Shown piece by piece: positions 40,262 through 55,179 of a stretch of DNA of 64,000 bases (positions are counted from its first letter, which is position 1; the number at the start of each line of letters is the position of its first letter). Origin of the DNA: Octopus vulgaris (taxonomy: Eukaryota); contig OX597824.1 in assembly GCA_951406725.2 (NCBI GenBank), positions 37,572,001 to 37,636,000 on the forward strand. Reading direction: 5' to 3'. Made by a program: the position numbers and the translations under genes. A model generated the notes under the pieces. The model had not been told where the DNA came from. It ran no database searches and saw only the letters and a list, made by a program, of their open reading frames with translations.

Positions 40262-40654
40262 ACAATATATATACATTCATACACAGATAGCGTGACAATA
40301 TACTAGCTGATTATGTTAAAGTGTTAGCTTAGCATTTAACAAACGCACAATTACAGTTTTCAGCTCAGTCTGATATTTCCACACGATCATAGATTGTAAT
40401 GCTTTATGGTTTGCTCGTTTCTATATTTCTGTATTATTAATGAGACATCTCTCGCGAGTCTGCTATCTTTGATACAGAATAAGTGATTTCCTTTGGTGGT
40501 TTGTGTTCTTTAAACATACATCACTAATATATTTGTACTACCAGGTTGAGTCAAATGTTGTTTCGGATTTTCACTGATAATTTTTGGCAACTTGTGATCT
40601 CCATGTTATATTTATTAACTTCATAAAACTTGTTGGCCAATCGTTGCTGAATTG

Positions 40655-40908
40655 TTTACTCTTTTACTCTTTTATTCGTTTCAGTCATTTCACTGTGGCC
40701 GTGCTGGAGCACCGCCTTTAGTCGAGTAAATCGACCCCAGGACTTGTTCTTTGTAAGCCTAGTACTTATTCTATCTGTCTCTTTTGCCGAACCGCTAAGT
40801 TACGGGGCTAGAGTAGAAGACACTTGCCCAAGGTGACACGCAGTTGGACTGAACCCGGAACCATGTGGTTCGTAGGCAAGCTACTTACCACACAGCCACT
40901 CCCGCGCC
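40655..40908 (-). mobile_element. SINE family A, internally deleted, nested in mariner
   Basis: Head and tail are joined at ~40808. Confidence 0.88.
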
Positions 40909-40989
40909 TACGTTTATTCCTTATTTTCATATATAACATATAAACATCAATTGATTATTTTTTAATTTTACAGCGTTGATAATGAGTAG

Positions 40990-41950
40990 TGAAAAAATGA
41001 CAATTAGAGCCATTTTACATAACCCGTGGAAAAAATGGAATGAGTGCAAGGACTGTGGTAAAAGAAATTGATGATGTGGAAGGCCCATGACTTGTCAATG
41101 AACGTGTGGCACAAAACCGGTTCAGACGTTTCAAGGAAGGTGACACCAACCTCGAAGATAAACCAAGCTTGAACAACAACCAATCACAAGCACTCGTACA
41201 TTGTCAGCAGAACTTGGTCCTTCACAAAGCACCATCAATCGACACCACCATAAGCCTGGCCTTGTGAGAAGACGCTGTCGAAAAGCTTCGCTTGAACTGA
41301 CCAATGACCAAGCTCAACGGCAACGTGGGAACATTTGCCAACAGCTGCTGATATATCCTAGAGATGCCCGATTTTTGTAACGAGTTGTATTTGGGGATGA
41401 AAAAGGGATTTATTTTCGTAATAAAAGTCAGTGGCTTCGTTCCGGACAGGCTTCAGAACCTGCTATCAAGCAAGAGCAGTTTGAACAAAAGGTCATGTTG
41501 CGTGTTTGGTGGAATTTTGAAGGGGTGTTGCACTTTGAGCTTGTCCCGGATAGTCATGCTGTGAACGCTAACTTCTATGCTCAACAACTGAAGCGAGTAT
41601 ATGATGTTTTGAAAGCCCGCTAACCGGTTTTAGACGATCGAACGACGCACACTCCTACAGCATGACAATGCCCCACCATACAGTGCCAATGTAACCAAGA
41701 GCAAACATGAGGAGCAAGAGGGGCTGCAAGAGTTACCTCACCCTGCCTACAGTCCAGACCCTGCACTATCAGATTACCACCTTTTCCGAGTCATATCTCA
41801 TTTCCTGCACAGACGAAGGTTCAACAATGTGAATGAGGTTGAAAACGGGTGCAGAGAATTTTTTGCCTCTAAACCAGCCAAATACTATAAGTGTGGAATT
41901 GAGCTTCTGGCAAAAGACATTAAAATATACTGGGGTATATTTTGACCAAC
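40990..41950 (+). pseudogene. Mariner transposase pseudogene
   Basis: Segments RFRRFKEGDTNLED, GDEK, KVMLRVWWNFEGVLHFEL, LLQHDNAPP and LPHPAYSPDPALSDYHLF, with stops and frameshifts. Confidence 0.9.
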
Positions 41951-42694
41951 AATCACTTTTCGCTAACGCTGCAAATGCTTAAAAAAATGATTTGAATGTC
42001 ACGACATCCTATTGCTGTCGAAAATACATATTGAATTTTGTGACGTGGTAACCAATATTTTGATTTTTTAAAGACGAATATCCCATTTGATGGATGTTAT
42101 AACAATTTTACGTAATACTCCAGCACTTACATTTCTCACAATAAATCTTGAACCATTTATCTCCATTATGTCACTTTGAGAATGTCGCAGGGTAGAGCTA
42201 AGGCATATTGTAGCATTTTTATTTTTTTGCTTCAGATAGATTAAGAAAAGTATGAATACCACAAGAGTATTTTTTCTGTCATATGAAGCCTTGTATTGAT
42301 AGCACTATAAATCAATATTGAAAAAAAAAAATCAATCATTATTTTACATTCATTCTGCAACACAGTAAGTAAAGGGAATATGGTGGTGACGGTTGAATTC
42401 TTTCCTTTTTGTGTTCCAAAGAAGAGTTTTTACCCAGAATAAGTAAAATAATGTACAATGGAGGTCTGCGAGAAGAAATGCTGGGAGAACATTGGAAGAA
42501 CGATCTGACGACTTAATAGGAACAATAAAGAAGTAATCATTTCTATTCAACATTATTCAAAGGAATTTCTTTGACTCAAAGACTTAAAGGCATAGAAATA
42601 TTTGGTGATTTTTATTTTAATTGTTTTCTATTCAGCCTTGATGTAGAATTGTGCATTAAGAATTAATATTAATTACTATACATACATACATACA

Positions 42695-42726
<32 letters not shown>

Positions 42727-42759
42727 CATATATATATATATTATGTATATATATATATG

Positions 42760-42806
<47 letters not shown>

Positions 42807-44844
42807 CACACACACATACATATTTATATATACGTGTATACACATACATAAGTATATGTAGATGTATATTAAGCACATATATCTATATACATACAGATAT
42901 GAAGAGAGATATAGAGATTAATAGAGAGATGAACATATACGGAGATGGGTATGACTAATGAATATTATTTATATACATCCATACTTACGCACGTACACAC
43001 ACACATAAACGCATACGTATATATGCATCAGTAAGTACTCATGTTCGTATGGATGTATGTATCAGTATATACGTACTTATGTATGTGGGTGTATATATAT
43101 ACTGACACACAGGCACATAAAAGCAGTATTATGTATAATTCATAATTGTACGAATACAAGCTGTATGTTCAGTTTTGATACCCGTGCCTAGAGAGGTGTT
43201 ATTTATGTCAGCAATTCAGACAAAAATCAGTCTTTGAATATATCGATGTATTCCACTGGATTCATACGTTTTATTCATGAAGTTTCGATTTATACGTTTC
43301 TTAGGAGAAATTACAATGTGATGTATTTATAATGGTTGAAGTGTCTTTATAAATTAGAATATTTTAGAATATTTACCTCATTGAAATCCACGATGCATAT
43401 TTTCCTGTGTATTGAAGCAAAACACCCAAGCGAATATGACATGACGCAATCAGCCATCCGCTACTGAATTCAAATTACTAAACATTTTTACACCCGACCT
43501 AATTCTTTCTGTGAGCCAAATTTACATAACTGTACTGTGTAAATATTACCTGTTCAGGTAAAATGATCAGATATAGCGACATGCCGTTTAGAACTATTTA
43601 GTTACTAAATGTCAGGATGCTGTTGCATACAAAACACCAACGACTCGACAGCCATAAACGATTAATAAATGACTTTTAACTCACGTACCAACAGATAAAT
43701 ATATAAAGAGACACAAGGCTTATGCAAGTCCATATTGATTTGATAATTTATAAATGACTCTTCGAATTAGTTTTGAATTTAAATTCTCTCAGTAACAATT
43801 GCTCTCTGTAGGTTTGTTCAACTTATCAGCCTTGAAAATAGACAACAAAGCACTATAGAACCTAAACCCTATTTTATTCTCGTTACGAATTCATCCTCAC
43901 ATTCTCGACTAATCATATCATTCAACAGCTTTAAGCTTCTTGGCGCCCTTTCCACTTCTTGTATCTATTTGTCTATTGTCTCTGAATAGATCAATTCCAG
44001 AATAATTCTGAAGTACTTGTCCAAAGATCTCACTTTATGGAACGAAAGAGCTTTTTCTTTAAGAGCTACTCGAAACTACAAAATGCAGTGTTTATAAAAT
44101 TCTCTTCTTCCATCCTTTGATAATCGTCTGTTAGAAATTAACGTCGATTTGGACTTCGTATATTCCTTTGGGACAAAATTATTACTCTTTCTCTTTGTCT
44201 AACAGATAAAGGCCATGTCAAACTCAATAAACCAGATATCGATAAAAAGATGTTAACAGTTCAATTACAAATAAAATGGTTGTTTAGATATTGATAATTG
44301 ATAATTGGAGAATATCAGATCAAGTTAAAAACACGCCTTTTATTTAAAAAAAGCCATTAAAAAGCCGACGGCAAGCCACAATTTGTGGAATATATGGCTT
44401 CTGAATTGTCCAGTATTGACTATTTCATAATAATGGATTGCACAATAGCCTGTGTATAATTTGAAATGTAATACAAGGTACATCTTGCATTACAAGGTTA
44501 TATCTGAATATTTTTGTTATTTCAAATTCCATAGAAGATGGATTTTGGTAGAAGAAAATGATAAGATGTATTAGTTGGTCTTTGATTAAAGCTGCCGGAG
44601 TTGATGTGATGTTGGATAAGTTATTGGATACAAACAACGTTGGTTTTGTTATGAACATCTTTTATCCACCCGCAGCAGGTTCAATACCATGACTCACAAT
44701 TTCGCTCTTCATTTTTGTAGTTACACTCCTTATACATTAATTGTATTATAACCCTACCATATTATTGATATTATCGATGCACATATCCTTCGTCGTCTTC
44801 TCTGCTGGGTTATCCATAGAATTCCTATGTGATTAATCTGCTCC

Positions 44845-45260
44845 TGAAAATGGGGCCTCTTCAATGAGATCGAAACTTGAAGTAAGACTCATAGACGTCC
44901 AAAACTTCGTTTTCTTGATCATCTCAAGTGATCACTCATTTTATGCGGTGTACATCCCAATCGGTTGGATCCCCTGGTTGTTAATCAGAAGGCATGGTGG
45001 TCCGTGTGTGATGCTGGAACAGAGCGCTTGGAAACCGAACGCAGGACATTGCGTGAAGAGAGGAAGAGACGTTGTCATCAAACCCTTGCAGATGTTGTTC
45101 GGCGTCACTTTCAGAGCCCTCAGTGTCACATGATTTACCTATCTCGGATCGGTCTTTTCAGTTACGTCCGCTCCCGCGAGAAGTAATGCGCTGGAGGCGG
45201 AGGATGATGACGGTCTTAGATTGTCGCTGTCATCACCTTCGATGGGCCGTCATAAGCGAA
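44845..45260 (+). mobile_element. RTE-clade LINE 3' fragment
   Basis: RRPKLRFLDHLK..AWWSVCDAGTERLETERR..EERKRR..PQCHMIYLSRIGLFSYVRS, a decayed C-terminal C2H2 region. Confidence 0.75.
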
Positions 45261-45339
45261 AAGTGTAAACCATGCACATAAATCTCGGTTTTTCCTTCTC
45301 CTCTATCAAATCATTCCTTTTATCTTCTATTCACAATCT

Positions 45340-45645
45340 TCACAAACCAAATGTCCAAAATATTTTAATTTTCTCTCTTTGATAGTGTTAAATAAATTAT
45401 TTTTAGCTTTTTTCCATTCTTATTTCTTCTTCACTGGTTTTGTGTTCTGTTTATGATATTCTCTTTAGTCCTCTATTTACCCACATCTCAAATCGATCTA
45501 ATAATACCGTTGCCAATGTTTATGTTTCAATTCCAATAGCATGGATCATAAAAGTTTTAAAATATATTTTTGTTCTGATATTAGTATTTCTTGATGGTTT
45601 ATATATTGGACATAGTTTTTTTTCCTTTTTACACGATGCTTTTTA
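45340..45645 (-). mobile_element. RTE remnant similar to 37200-37470
   Basis: Nucleotide similarity (aatattttaatttt.ctctttga.agt.ttaaataaatt..) and a GIET-like motif. Confidence 0.5.
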
Positions 45646-45740
45646 GGATATAACTGGTGTGTATGGACGTTAAGTCATTCCAAGTAAACGTCAATAAAGA
45701 AAAAGCTGCGTGGATTTTTCATTAGATAATTGTAGCAAAA

Positions 45741-45957
45741 TATTGGTTTCAAATTTTGGCACGAAGCCAGCAGTTTTGAAGGAAGGGGGTTAATCGATTA
45801 CATCCGACTCTAGTGCTCTAATAGTACTTATTTTGTCGACCCCGAAAGGATGAAAGTAAAGTTCATCTCGGTAGAATTTGAATTCAGAACGCAATAACGG
45901 ACAAAATGCCGCCAAGCATTTCTCCCGGCGTTCAAACGATTCTGCCAGTTCGCCGCC
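45741..45957 (-). mobile_element. SINE family B
   Basis: Head, core and ccaaaatttgaaaccaat tail. Confidence 0.85.
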
Positions 45958-47253
45958 TAACTGGAACAAAACGATTTTAACGAGAAATCTACACATTATG
46001 TTGGTAAATACACTGGGTTTACGGACAACAGGTGTGAGATTCAATCCCATTTGAGTGCTGAGATGGGCTTTTTCTCTAGTCATATACATGACTATATGAA
46101 AGAGAAAACTAAGTGGTTACTGGGCACACTATTGCCTCAAAATATCTCAGTGATATAAAAGTTTAAATTAAAGAAGCCTTCTTGGAATTAATTCAAGCAC
46201 ATAACGGGTTTTTATCACATTTTTGAATGTCATGCTGTTCCCTATCCATGCAAGAACTATTATGACAGAAAGTGAGGTGTACACATGCACGTGGCCTAGC
46301 GTCAGCATGGAAGTAGGGTCGCATCCTCCATGACGTGAGGTTGCCAGCTCTGGATAAGAGAGCCGTCGGCGAGACCAGAATTTCCGACATACGCGCCGAA
46401 GAAGATTTCATATTTTAGGAAAGAGAGTCCATATCCTGTGAGGAGAAACCAGCCTCTTCTCTGAACGAAACTAAATTCACAAACGTTTGTAAATGAAACT
46501 TCTTGTAAATACAGTGTTTTACACTATCTTCCACCTTTCTTTTATAAAAGGAGAAGATGGATACTTCTCTGGTATACTACAAGTTGATGGATTATTGTGT
46601 TCAACTATAACTGAATCGAAGTAATTCGTTTAATCATCTTCAAGATTAAACGAATGTTGTTGCTTTATAAAATGGAATTGAAATTGTTATGCTATATAAA
46701 AACGCAGTAAAAAGAACATCGTTCAGAATTCTTTATACATTTAAGTGATGGCATTAAAATTGGTATCACTAGGAAAAAGCACGGACTACTGCCTGTTCAC
46801 TTTTGCAGGAAGCCCAAGAGAAAAGCATGAGAGGACATAGGATGCCATCACTTACCTACGTAATTATGGACGTCTTGAACTGTTATTCACTTTTATTTGC
46901 AACGCTAAATGGAACGAAATCGAAGCGAAGCTTTTCCTCGGACAGTTCTAAAGCAGCAGACACGACACAATTACAAGAGGTTTTCATCTCAAAGTTTTCA
47001 AATGAATGGATTTTATATCTAAGTAACATATTTCGATCAGTGCATCACCTGAATGGCAACTGAATGGCAGAAAAAAAGGCTCACTACCCGCACATATTTT
47101 AATCTGTTTTTGCATAAAATTCGGAAACACACACCAGTAAGATATACATTACATCGCAAATTATAGAAATAAATAACACACTGAGTAATGGACTTCCAAT
47201 ATAACCATATGTCCGCATGTGTGTATGCGCGCGTGTGTGGGGGATGTGTGTAT

Positions 47254-47356
<103 letters not shown>

Positions 47357-47629
47357 GCAGACAGACAAATAGAGGAAACATCTGGCCAAGTGGCTTGTGT
47401 GTTGGTTTCAATTCCAGAACGAGTGATGCGTTGTGTCCAAGAGCAAGGCTCTTAATTTCAAGTTCCAACCGACCACCCCACAGGAAAAGTGTACCAGCAA
47501 CAACAGTGCGACAAATTGGTGCTTTGTTCAAGTCTTGTACTCTCAGTCAATCGCTAAGCAATTCAGAAAGCAGAAGCTCCGGCTTAATGAATATGTAAAC
47601 GTGAACCATTAGTTATGTAATTATGAAAT

Positions 47630-47742
47630 TGTTGTGTGGACGCTTCAAGACGATGAAGTTGGCTAGCCCAATACGTAGATATAGAGGGAGAAGTCTAGAC
47701 GTCGGGAGTTGAGTAGAGGTCATCCGAACGTGCGATATAACA
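47630..47742 (+). mobile_element. 113-bp solo LTR-like element
   Basis: TGTTG...TAACA termini with perfect 5-bp TSD GAAAT (47625-29, 47743-47). Orientation is arbitrary. Confidence 0.82.
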
Positions 47743-47856
47743 GAAATTAAAAGCTGCGCTCGCGCGTGTATTTATGCATACATACATGTGTATGTATATA
47801 TATTTATACATATATACGTATGTGTTTGTGTGTGTGTTTGTATGTGTGCGTGTGTA

Positions 47857-47890
<34 letters not shown>

Positions 47891-48103
47891 CAGAAAAGAT
47901 GAAAAACAATAGAAAGCGTACAGTATGTATTCAGAAGTTGCGTATACAAACAGAATCTTGTTTTTACAGCTGTTTCGGATTTCCGATGATTATATCTTCT
48001 ACATTATGCAATGAAGTCTGATAATATTTTAGGAGTATGAACTATCACGGATTCTGAGAGACCCATGAGGCAAAATCATGTTATCCTCATTAGAAGATAC
48101 TGG

Positions 48104-48307
48104 CTAACCACGTGTGTATCGTTGGCGATTTTTTCCTCCGTCTTCCCTTCCTTGGATCTTTCCTTTTCCTATGTTTCTGACGAAGAGCTCCGCTCGAAAC
48201 GTTAAATTCTCCTTCTTTCTTTCCTTTCCTGAGCGTCCAATAACACTATACTTGTTCCCCGTCTTCGCGTTGTTGTGTTTTCTCTTTGTTTCATGTTTGG
48301 ATTAACT
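48104..48307 (+). mobile_element. ~200-bp hammerhead-containing repeat (Penelope-like pLTR / non-autonomous element), copy 2
   Basis: Collinear with 520-720, contains the hammerhead and ends in (TA)n. Confidence 0.6.
48173..48207 (+). ncRNA. Minimal type I hammerhead ribozyme motif
   Basis: gttt-CTGACGA-a-GAGC-tcc-GCTC-GAAA-CG-TT-aaat: intact core, perfect stem II, palindromic AACGTT. Confidence 0.72.
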
Positions 48308-48825
48308 ATATATATATATATATGTATAAGTTGAATAAGAAAAGAAAGGTATGAAGGGTGGAGGAGGAGTAGTAGTAAGAAGTATAAAGGGGAAGAGGAG
48401 AGGAGAAGGGTGGGGGAGACTGAAGAGAAGTTAGTAATTAAAAGTCGTCAGTTAACGGTAGTAACAAATAAGATTAGTTATAAAAATCAAAAGTTAGATA
48501 AACTAACTATGGAGGCTAGATCAAAGATAACTTGGTATCTAACAAAGACAAAAAGTAAGAATGAGAAAGAAATGTGGTAGGTCAACCGATTTTAAAGACA
48601 CATAGTAGACGCTTGGCATAGCATAAAACACAGCAGACCGGAGAAGGTAGGAAGGAAATAAAAAAGTTAAAGATAAAAACTGTAAAGAAGATGTTAACAG
48701 GGTAAAGTAATGAGCATTGTAAAGTGTGTTTGTCTCGTCGAATATAAAGATAAGTGCGAAAGAAAACAACGTTAAGAACTACGTAAGAAAATTTTATCTC
48801 TCTGTCTCTCTCAATCATTACTTTC

Positions 48826-48869
<44 letters not shown>

Positions 48870-48883
<14 letters not shown>

Positions 48884-49169
48884 TGAAGTTGTGTGGTGTC
48901 TGTCTCCTACGATTTAGATTCCTAACTACTCCCACATTTTTTCGGTGCAGTTTAACCAAAAGCGGGTATCTTATAGTCGTGATTCATATCGAGCCCTTCT
49001 GGGTATTAGCGCGCGTCTACGATGAGTCTATGATTTAAAAAAATTTACCATAATTTTTTCTTCCATTTTTAATGCATTTTTTGCTATTATATAAGGGAAG
49101 TAACTCTCTAAAAATGCTTATATAGTTATTTCCCTTACAAACCCGAGCAACGCCGGGCGATACTGCTAG
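48870..49169 (+). mobile_element. Non-autonomous Helitron (same termini as 23915-24307)
   Basis: Identical 3' end acaaacccgagcaacgccgggcgatactgCTAG|t and similar 5' tatataaaRctgaagttgt. The exact 5' end is hidden in (TA)n. Confidence 0.85.
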
Positions 49170-49305
49170 TATATATATATATATATAGAAGAGCAGAAAA
49201 ACACAAATCGATTAATTTCAACCCTGAAATGACTTTAGATGGACTAGTTTAAGAATAAAAGAGTGGGGAAAAAAACGGGGAAACTTTAAAATCTTCAATT
49301 GATTC

Positions 49306-49342
49306 GTGCTGACGGGGCTTAATAAGGTCGAAACAGGACCAT
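49306..49342 (+). ncRNA. Degenerate hammerhead ribozyme motif
   Basis: gtg-CTGACGG-ggctt-aat-aaggtc-GAAA-cagg-ac-cat: several core and stem III substitutions. Confidence 0.4.
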
Positions 49343-49587
49343 ACACGGATATTCTGGTAGTAATAAAGGATCTTATAAAAAAAAAGTATCTTCTTTCACT
49401 TTCCTTTCCTCCCACCGAGAGAAAAAAAGACTTTCCAACTTAAAAACTAGAAAACAAAATCAAACAAATTTAGAAGTGATTTTCTTCCTTGAAATACATA
49501 GATTCTCCCTTAGCCCCTCCCTATCTCTTTCCCAATGCGAAAATAACAACGTCTAGCAAACAAAACATGTATGTATGCATATGCATA

Positions 49588-49748
<161 letters not shown>

Positions 49749-49975
49749 ATATTTGAATTTGAGTGTGGTTGTTATGTTCCTCTAGTTTCCGCTTGCATTG
49801 CCTCCATTCTGATTATTAAGCGGAATATAGCTCACTTGGAGCACTACAACTCCAGTCTGTATTTTATTTGCGTGTATTATTAACATTAGCAATCTCAAAA
49901 TAAAACTGTATTTCATATATATACGCATATATACATACATACATACATACATACATACATACATACATACATACA

Positions 49976-50008
<33 letters not shown>

Positions 50009-50875
50009 GTAGCAATGGCTAGATTAATAAGCAGAATCCAAGATGGTCTCTCTTAGCAAGAATTGTATTTATAGGAATACCTAAGGGAACAAATTAAATA
50101 TATATACTACATGAATTCTTTACTTTTCTTACTTAGAATTTTATATCATTTCCAATGTAAAAATTAATAACATGTAATTTTTAGTGTATCATCGCATGAA
50201 ATTCGTACTTTGTGTCATCCTAATATTTTCCCCATTTATTTGCAAGCAAAGCAATATTTAAGCCGAAAAGAAATATCCTTATTCCAGAAAAAATAATTTC
50301 TTTATAATTTAAAGTATTGAACAGTCAAAGACTGAATTACACGGAATAAGGCAGCAGTACATTTGACAGTTTGCATAGATTTAAAATGGGGAATGTTGAT
50401 GAAGTCAATAATATTTTTTATAACGATACATTAAGATATTAAGAATATGAAAATAAAATTGAACTGAAAGGAAAATACAGTTTATATTTTGATTTTAGAT
50501 TCGTACGTGAATCATTTAGAAGGCTCACACAAGTATCCTATTGTGTTTGATAACCATTATAGCATGTCATTGGAAATGTGAGTCGATATGATTAATAAAT
50601 ATCACTAAAGTTTGCAGATCACGACATAAGTACCTGTAGTCATTCTTCATGGGAATTCAACACGAAGCATTATGCACGCACATACATTATATAGGTGTAC
50701 ACCCCCACCCCCAAACATTGTTGGCGTCATAACAATTTATAATTATTCGAGAGAACGTGAAATAATTCTTTAAGGCTGTTTTCGAATTTTTTCTATCCAA
50801 AAGGATTTATTTTAACCTATTTATCTGCTATTATTTATTGCTTTATGTGTGCTTCGCGACCCACTGTTCCAAAAA

Positions 50876-50993
<118 letters not shown>

Positions 50994-51179
50994 TGTGTGT
51001 GGCATTCTTTAAAACATTGTAACTGAAAGGCTCCAATTTCCGGTACTCAGAGTTACTCATTCCGATCATCAACTGGTAAACCGAGTCTGCTTTTTGAACT
51101 ATTTATTGCTTATCCTTATGTTTATGCATTTGTTTGGCAAGATTCCTGATGTGAAATCGTGTGTTGAAACAGTTATTGT

Positions 51180-51470
51180 TATATTTTGCGATGGTAATTT
51201 TTTTCTGCCAAATAAACAGACGCACTATACTCTACTCATTCTTCGCTTGTTACTTATTGTACTTATTTTATGTCCATCGTCTGGAAATTTTTCGTCACAC
51301 ATTCTGCGAAATCTTGTGGGCTGGAAAGTCGCTGAAGAGATCACAGTATGTTTGACGAATGATTTCCAGACAATGGGCATAAAATAAGAACAATAATAAA
51401 CAAGTGAAGAACGAATATATAGCGCGTGTGTTTATTTGGCAAGAAAAAATAATGACGATCCTGAAATATA
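51180..51470. mobile_element. Palindromic foldback MITE-like element
   Basis: Arms of ~130 bp are imperfect reverse complements; the ORF track shows similar peptides on both strands. Confidence 0.7.
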
Positions 51471-51696
51471 GCTTATTCATATATCCTTTCGTTTAAAATC
51501 CTTTGTGAATGAACGGCTGCTTCAAGTTTCATCTTTGTTGAGTCCATTTCTGGTTGTCGTGGTAATTTTATTTGAAACATCTTAAAACTCCGTATAAGTA
51601 TTGGAAAAAAAGGATCCCTTCAGTCATAATGTATTAAAGAATACTCTCCATTTGTACTGAATCCTATAATTTATCGCTTCTGGGTAATCAAGAGAG

Positions 51697-51740
<44 letters not shown>

Positions 51741-51776
51741 ATGTATGTATATATATGATGCACGCACACACACATA

Positions 51777-51832
<56 letters not shown>

Positions 51833-51939
51833 CTTACGTATATATACACAAACACATACACACACGCGCACATATATGTTTTCACTTTTTATATTCATTA
51901 GTATTTCTAGATGAAGAGAGCTGGTTCTTAAAAAGAAAC

Positions 51940-52970
51940 AAAAGCGCCTTCACTGAAATTTCGACAACCACGGTATCAGCTACATATCGAACTTATGAAA
52001 GTCTTGTGTACTCTTACTGATTCGCTTAAAGATTATCTCTGTAATGTTTCATGTTAGTCGGCTCTTTTTTTGCTTGAAAGTCCTAGCTTCGGCAGATTGT
52101 CGCTGAGGTATTTACTAATATAACCAAATGCATCAATGGCTATTGGCGTAAACTGAATTTATTATGATGATAGAGGAGTTTCAAGTTTCGAGGCAGTTGT
52201 CCATAGATACTCTCCTCGTTGATTTTGAAAGACACGTTCATATTTGCTGCACAACTAATATCTAGGACGGCATATGATTTTTTTCTTTTACGTCCCAAAT
52301 AACGATGTCGAGACAGTTATGCTTGCACTTGGTAGAAGTTTTGATGGAAATGTTTCACGAATATTCGTTGTGCTGATAATACTTATATGCATTCAGTAGC
52401 AGTGGTGTTGTTTATACTAACCCCAGAATAGTATCTTTTCTGTGAATTGTATTGTCCATTGATTTAGCAAAATCATCATGTCGCAAAGGGAGGTAACTTG
52501 ACAATAAATTTCACAATGGTTTTCTTATTCAGCATGTACCGTAGAACAATCAACCTTGAAGTGAGATCTGAAACATTTAATAGAATGGAATCAATCATTA
52601 CAGTTTCAGATGGTGCCTCTTTAATCTCATCCTGGCATATCTGTGGCAGCAAGTCAAGTATCTCATTCTCAATAATTCTTAGAAACTATACTAGTTCCTA
52701 AATGGTTCTTTAATTCTGGAATTAATTCAGCTGCCAAAATGTCCTAACTAAATCTAGATTTACCTCATTTAATGTCCACATAAAATATCTTTTTAAAATT
52801 TCCACAGAATGCATTGCTATCTATTCCTTTTGTTTTTGGGATAGTATTACAGCCTGCGTAGAACGATTTAGTTCATCATGTTGGGACGTAATATTTACGC
52901 CATATATCCTGGATAAAATTTAACGGTTCTTCATAATCTATTCTTATAGACCTCACAAAGTTTTTCTACT
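51940..52970 (-). mobile_element. Highly decayed LINE reverse transcriptase remnant
   Basis: [10 protein letters not shown] (YADD-like) near 51990 and DFAKSMDNTIHR (DFSKAFD-like) near 52470. Confidence 0.5.
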
Positions 52971-53968
52971 ATTTACTCTTTTACTCTTTTACTTGCTTCA
53001 GTCATTTGACTGTGGCCATGCAGGAGCACCACCTTTAGTCGAACAAATCGACCCCAGGACTTATTCTCTGTAAGCCTAGTATTTATTCTATCGGTCTCTT
53101 TTGCCGAACCGCTAAGTTACGGGAATGTAAACACACCAGCATCGGTTGTCAAGCGATGTTGGGGGACAAACACACACACACATACACATATATATATATA
53201 CATATATACGACGGGCTTCTTTCAGTTTCCGTCTGCCAAATCCACTCACAAGGCTTTGGTTGGCCCGAGGCTATAGTAGAAGACACTTGCCCAAGGTGCC
53301 ATGCAGAGAGACTAAACCCTGAACCATGTGGTTGGTAAGCAAGTTACTTACCACACAGCCACTCCTAGGCCAGCTACTTACCACACAGCCATTCCTACGT
53401 CATATTTACAATTCCTAAACAGTGGAACCACATTTTCAATAAGCTTCTTTAATTCTATGTATTTTTCCATTTATCATTCATTTTATTTATATTTCTGGAT
53501 CCGTCTTTTGTCCAACTTAAATAACTTCCAAATAGCAAACACAGAACATAAAATAATGCATTATTTACTTCACAACCATTGAGTTAACTTTTCCTTCAGT
53601 GCCATTCTGAATTGAAGCCACGCATGTATCTCATATTGTTACTCATTCCTGACTGAGATATTTGAATATCAAGTCAGAGTTAGGGGTAGGTCTCTTATGT
53701 TAAAAACAACTTTCTATGAAGAAATAATTACGAATAATTAATTTGAGCATCACCCATGATCACTGATCTTGTTAGTAAAGGAAACAAGAAGTCATTCATT
53801 ATAAATGCCACTTCTATGTAATCTAATAAAGTGTGATATCACATCATATACGATTTCTTACATTTGAATACCCCTGAGGCAGTAGACAAATACGGCGTAA
53901 ATATTACATCCCAACATGATGAACTAAATCGTTCTACGCAGGCTGTAATACTATCCCAACAACAAAAG
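52827..53968. repeat. 75-bp inverted duplication (52827-52901 / 53894-53968)
   Basis: Reverse complements with about 2 mismatches. Confidence 0.88.
52972..53401 (-). mobile_element. SINE family A with duplicated 5' end
   Basis: Full-length copy; tacttaccacacagcca.tcct occurs twice at 53345-53400. Confidence 0.9.
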
Positions 53969-54411
53969 CAAATATTCATAATTGAAGCCTGGAGAAGATA
54001 GTTCCCCATATAGGGGAACTTTCTTATTTAGGCTTTACTATTTCAGTAAAGCCTGAAGAATTACTTCAGGTTTTACTATTTTCGGGGAACTACAAGTTGG
54101 TTATCCACATTAACTTCAAGGTTACTGATAATAGTATCTAAATATCTTGTGAAAGCATAGATACATAAACAAACGTATACATACATATACACACGCACGC
54201 GAGCGCTAGAACACACGCATGAATATTTACATACATAATTATATACATACATACATACATACATACATACATACATACATACATACATACATACATACAT
54301 ACACACATACATACATACATACATACGTAAATAATACATACATACATACATAATACATACATACATACACACACATACACACACACACACACATATATAT
54401 ATTTATATATA

Positions 54412-54450
<39 letters not shown>

Positions 54451-54494
54451 TTGTGAAGATCACGTCATTTGTGTTAAATGTATAGATATTTATA

Positions 54495-54525
<31 letters not shown>

Positions 54526-54755
54526 GAGTGTATGTGTGTGTATGTGTGTGTGTATGTGTGTGTGTATGTGTGTGTGTGTGTGTGGAACGTATTTTAATAA
54601 ATCTCTCTGAATCATCCGCTTTATTTTCTATCTAATGACGCCTACGCGGGACAAAACCTCGTTCTGATGTCTTTTCCGTGATTCTCTGACATAAATTAGC
54701 TCATGTTAGACTTTATAACTTTATACAGCGGGAAGTTTTATATTATTCATTTTGT

Positions 54756-54812
<57 letters not shown>

Positions 54813-54894
54813 TTATATATATATGTATATATATATATAACAATTTATATATTTATATATATATGTATATCTATATATATAGATATAAAAATTG

Positions 54895-54939
<45 letters not shown>

Positions 54940-55000
54940 TACATATATATACGTGTGTGTGTGTGTGTGTGCGTGCGTGTGTGGGAGTGTATGTGTGTAA

Positions 55001-55066
<66 letters not shown>

Positions 55067-55116
55067 GTATGTATGTATATACACATTATACACACACGCA
55101 AACACATATATTTATA

Positions 55117-55147
<31 letters not shown>

Positions 55148-55179
55148 ACAAGGGTAACACGGAGAAGGAGCACGTGAAT

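Larger units (their letters stand above)
40541..41990 (+). mobile_element. Second decayed mariner (different subfamily), interrupted by a SINE
   Basis: Putative left end ta|ccaggttgagtcaaa and transposase remnants. The right TIR was not recognised, so the end is approximate. Confidence 0.8.

Noticed and set aside
46850-46900. Minus-strand GTAAGT donor-like site considered as the end of THIK exon 1
   Set aside because: The upstream phase-1 translation (QDVHNYV-G) does not resemble the required TVVSTI-G.
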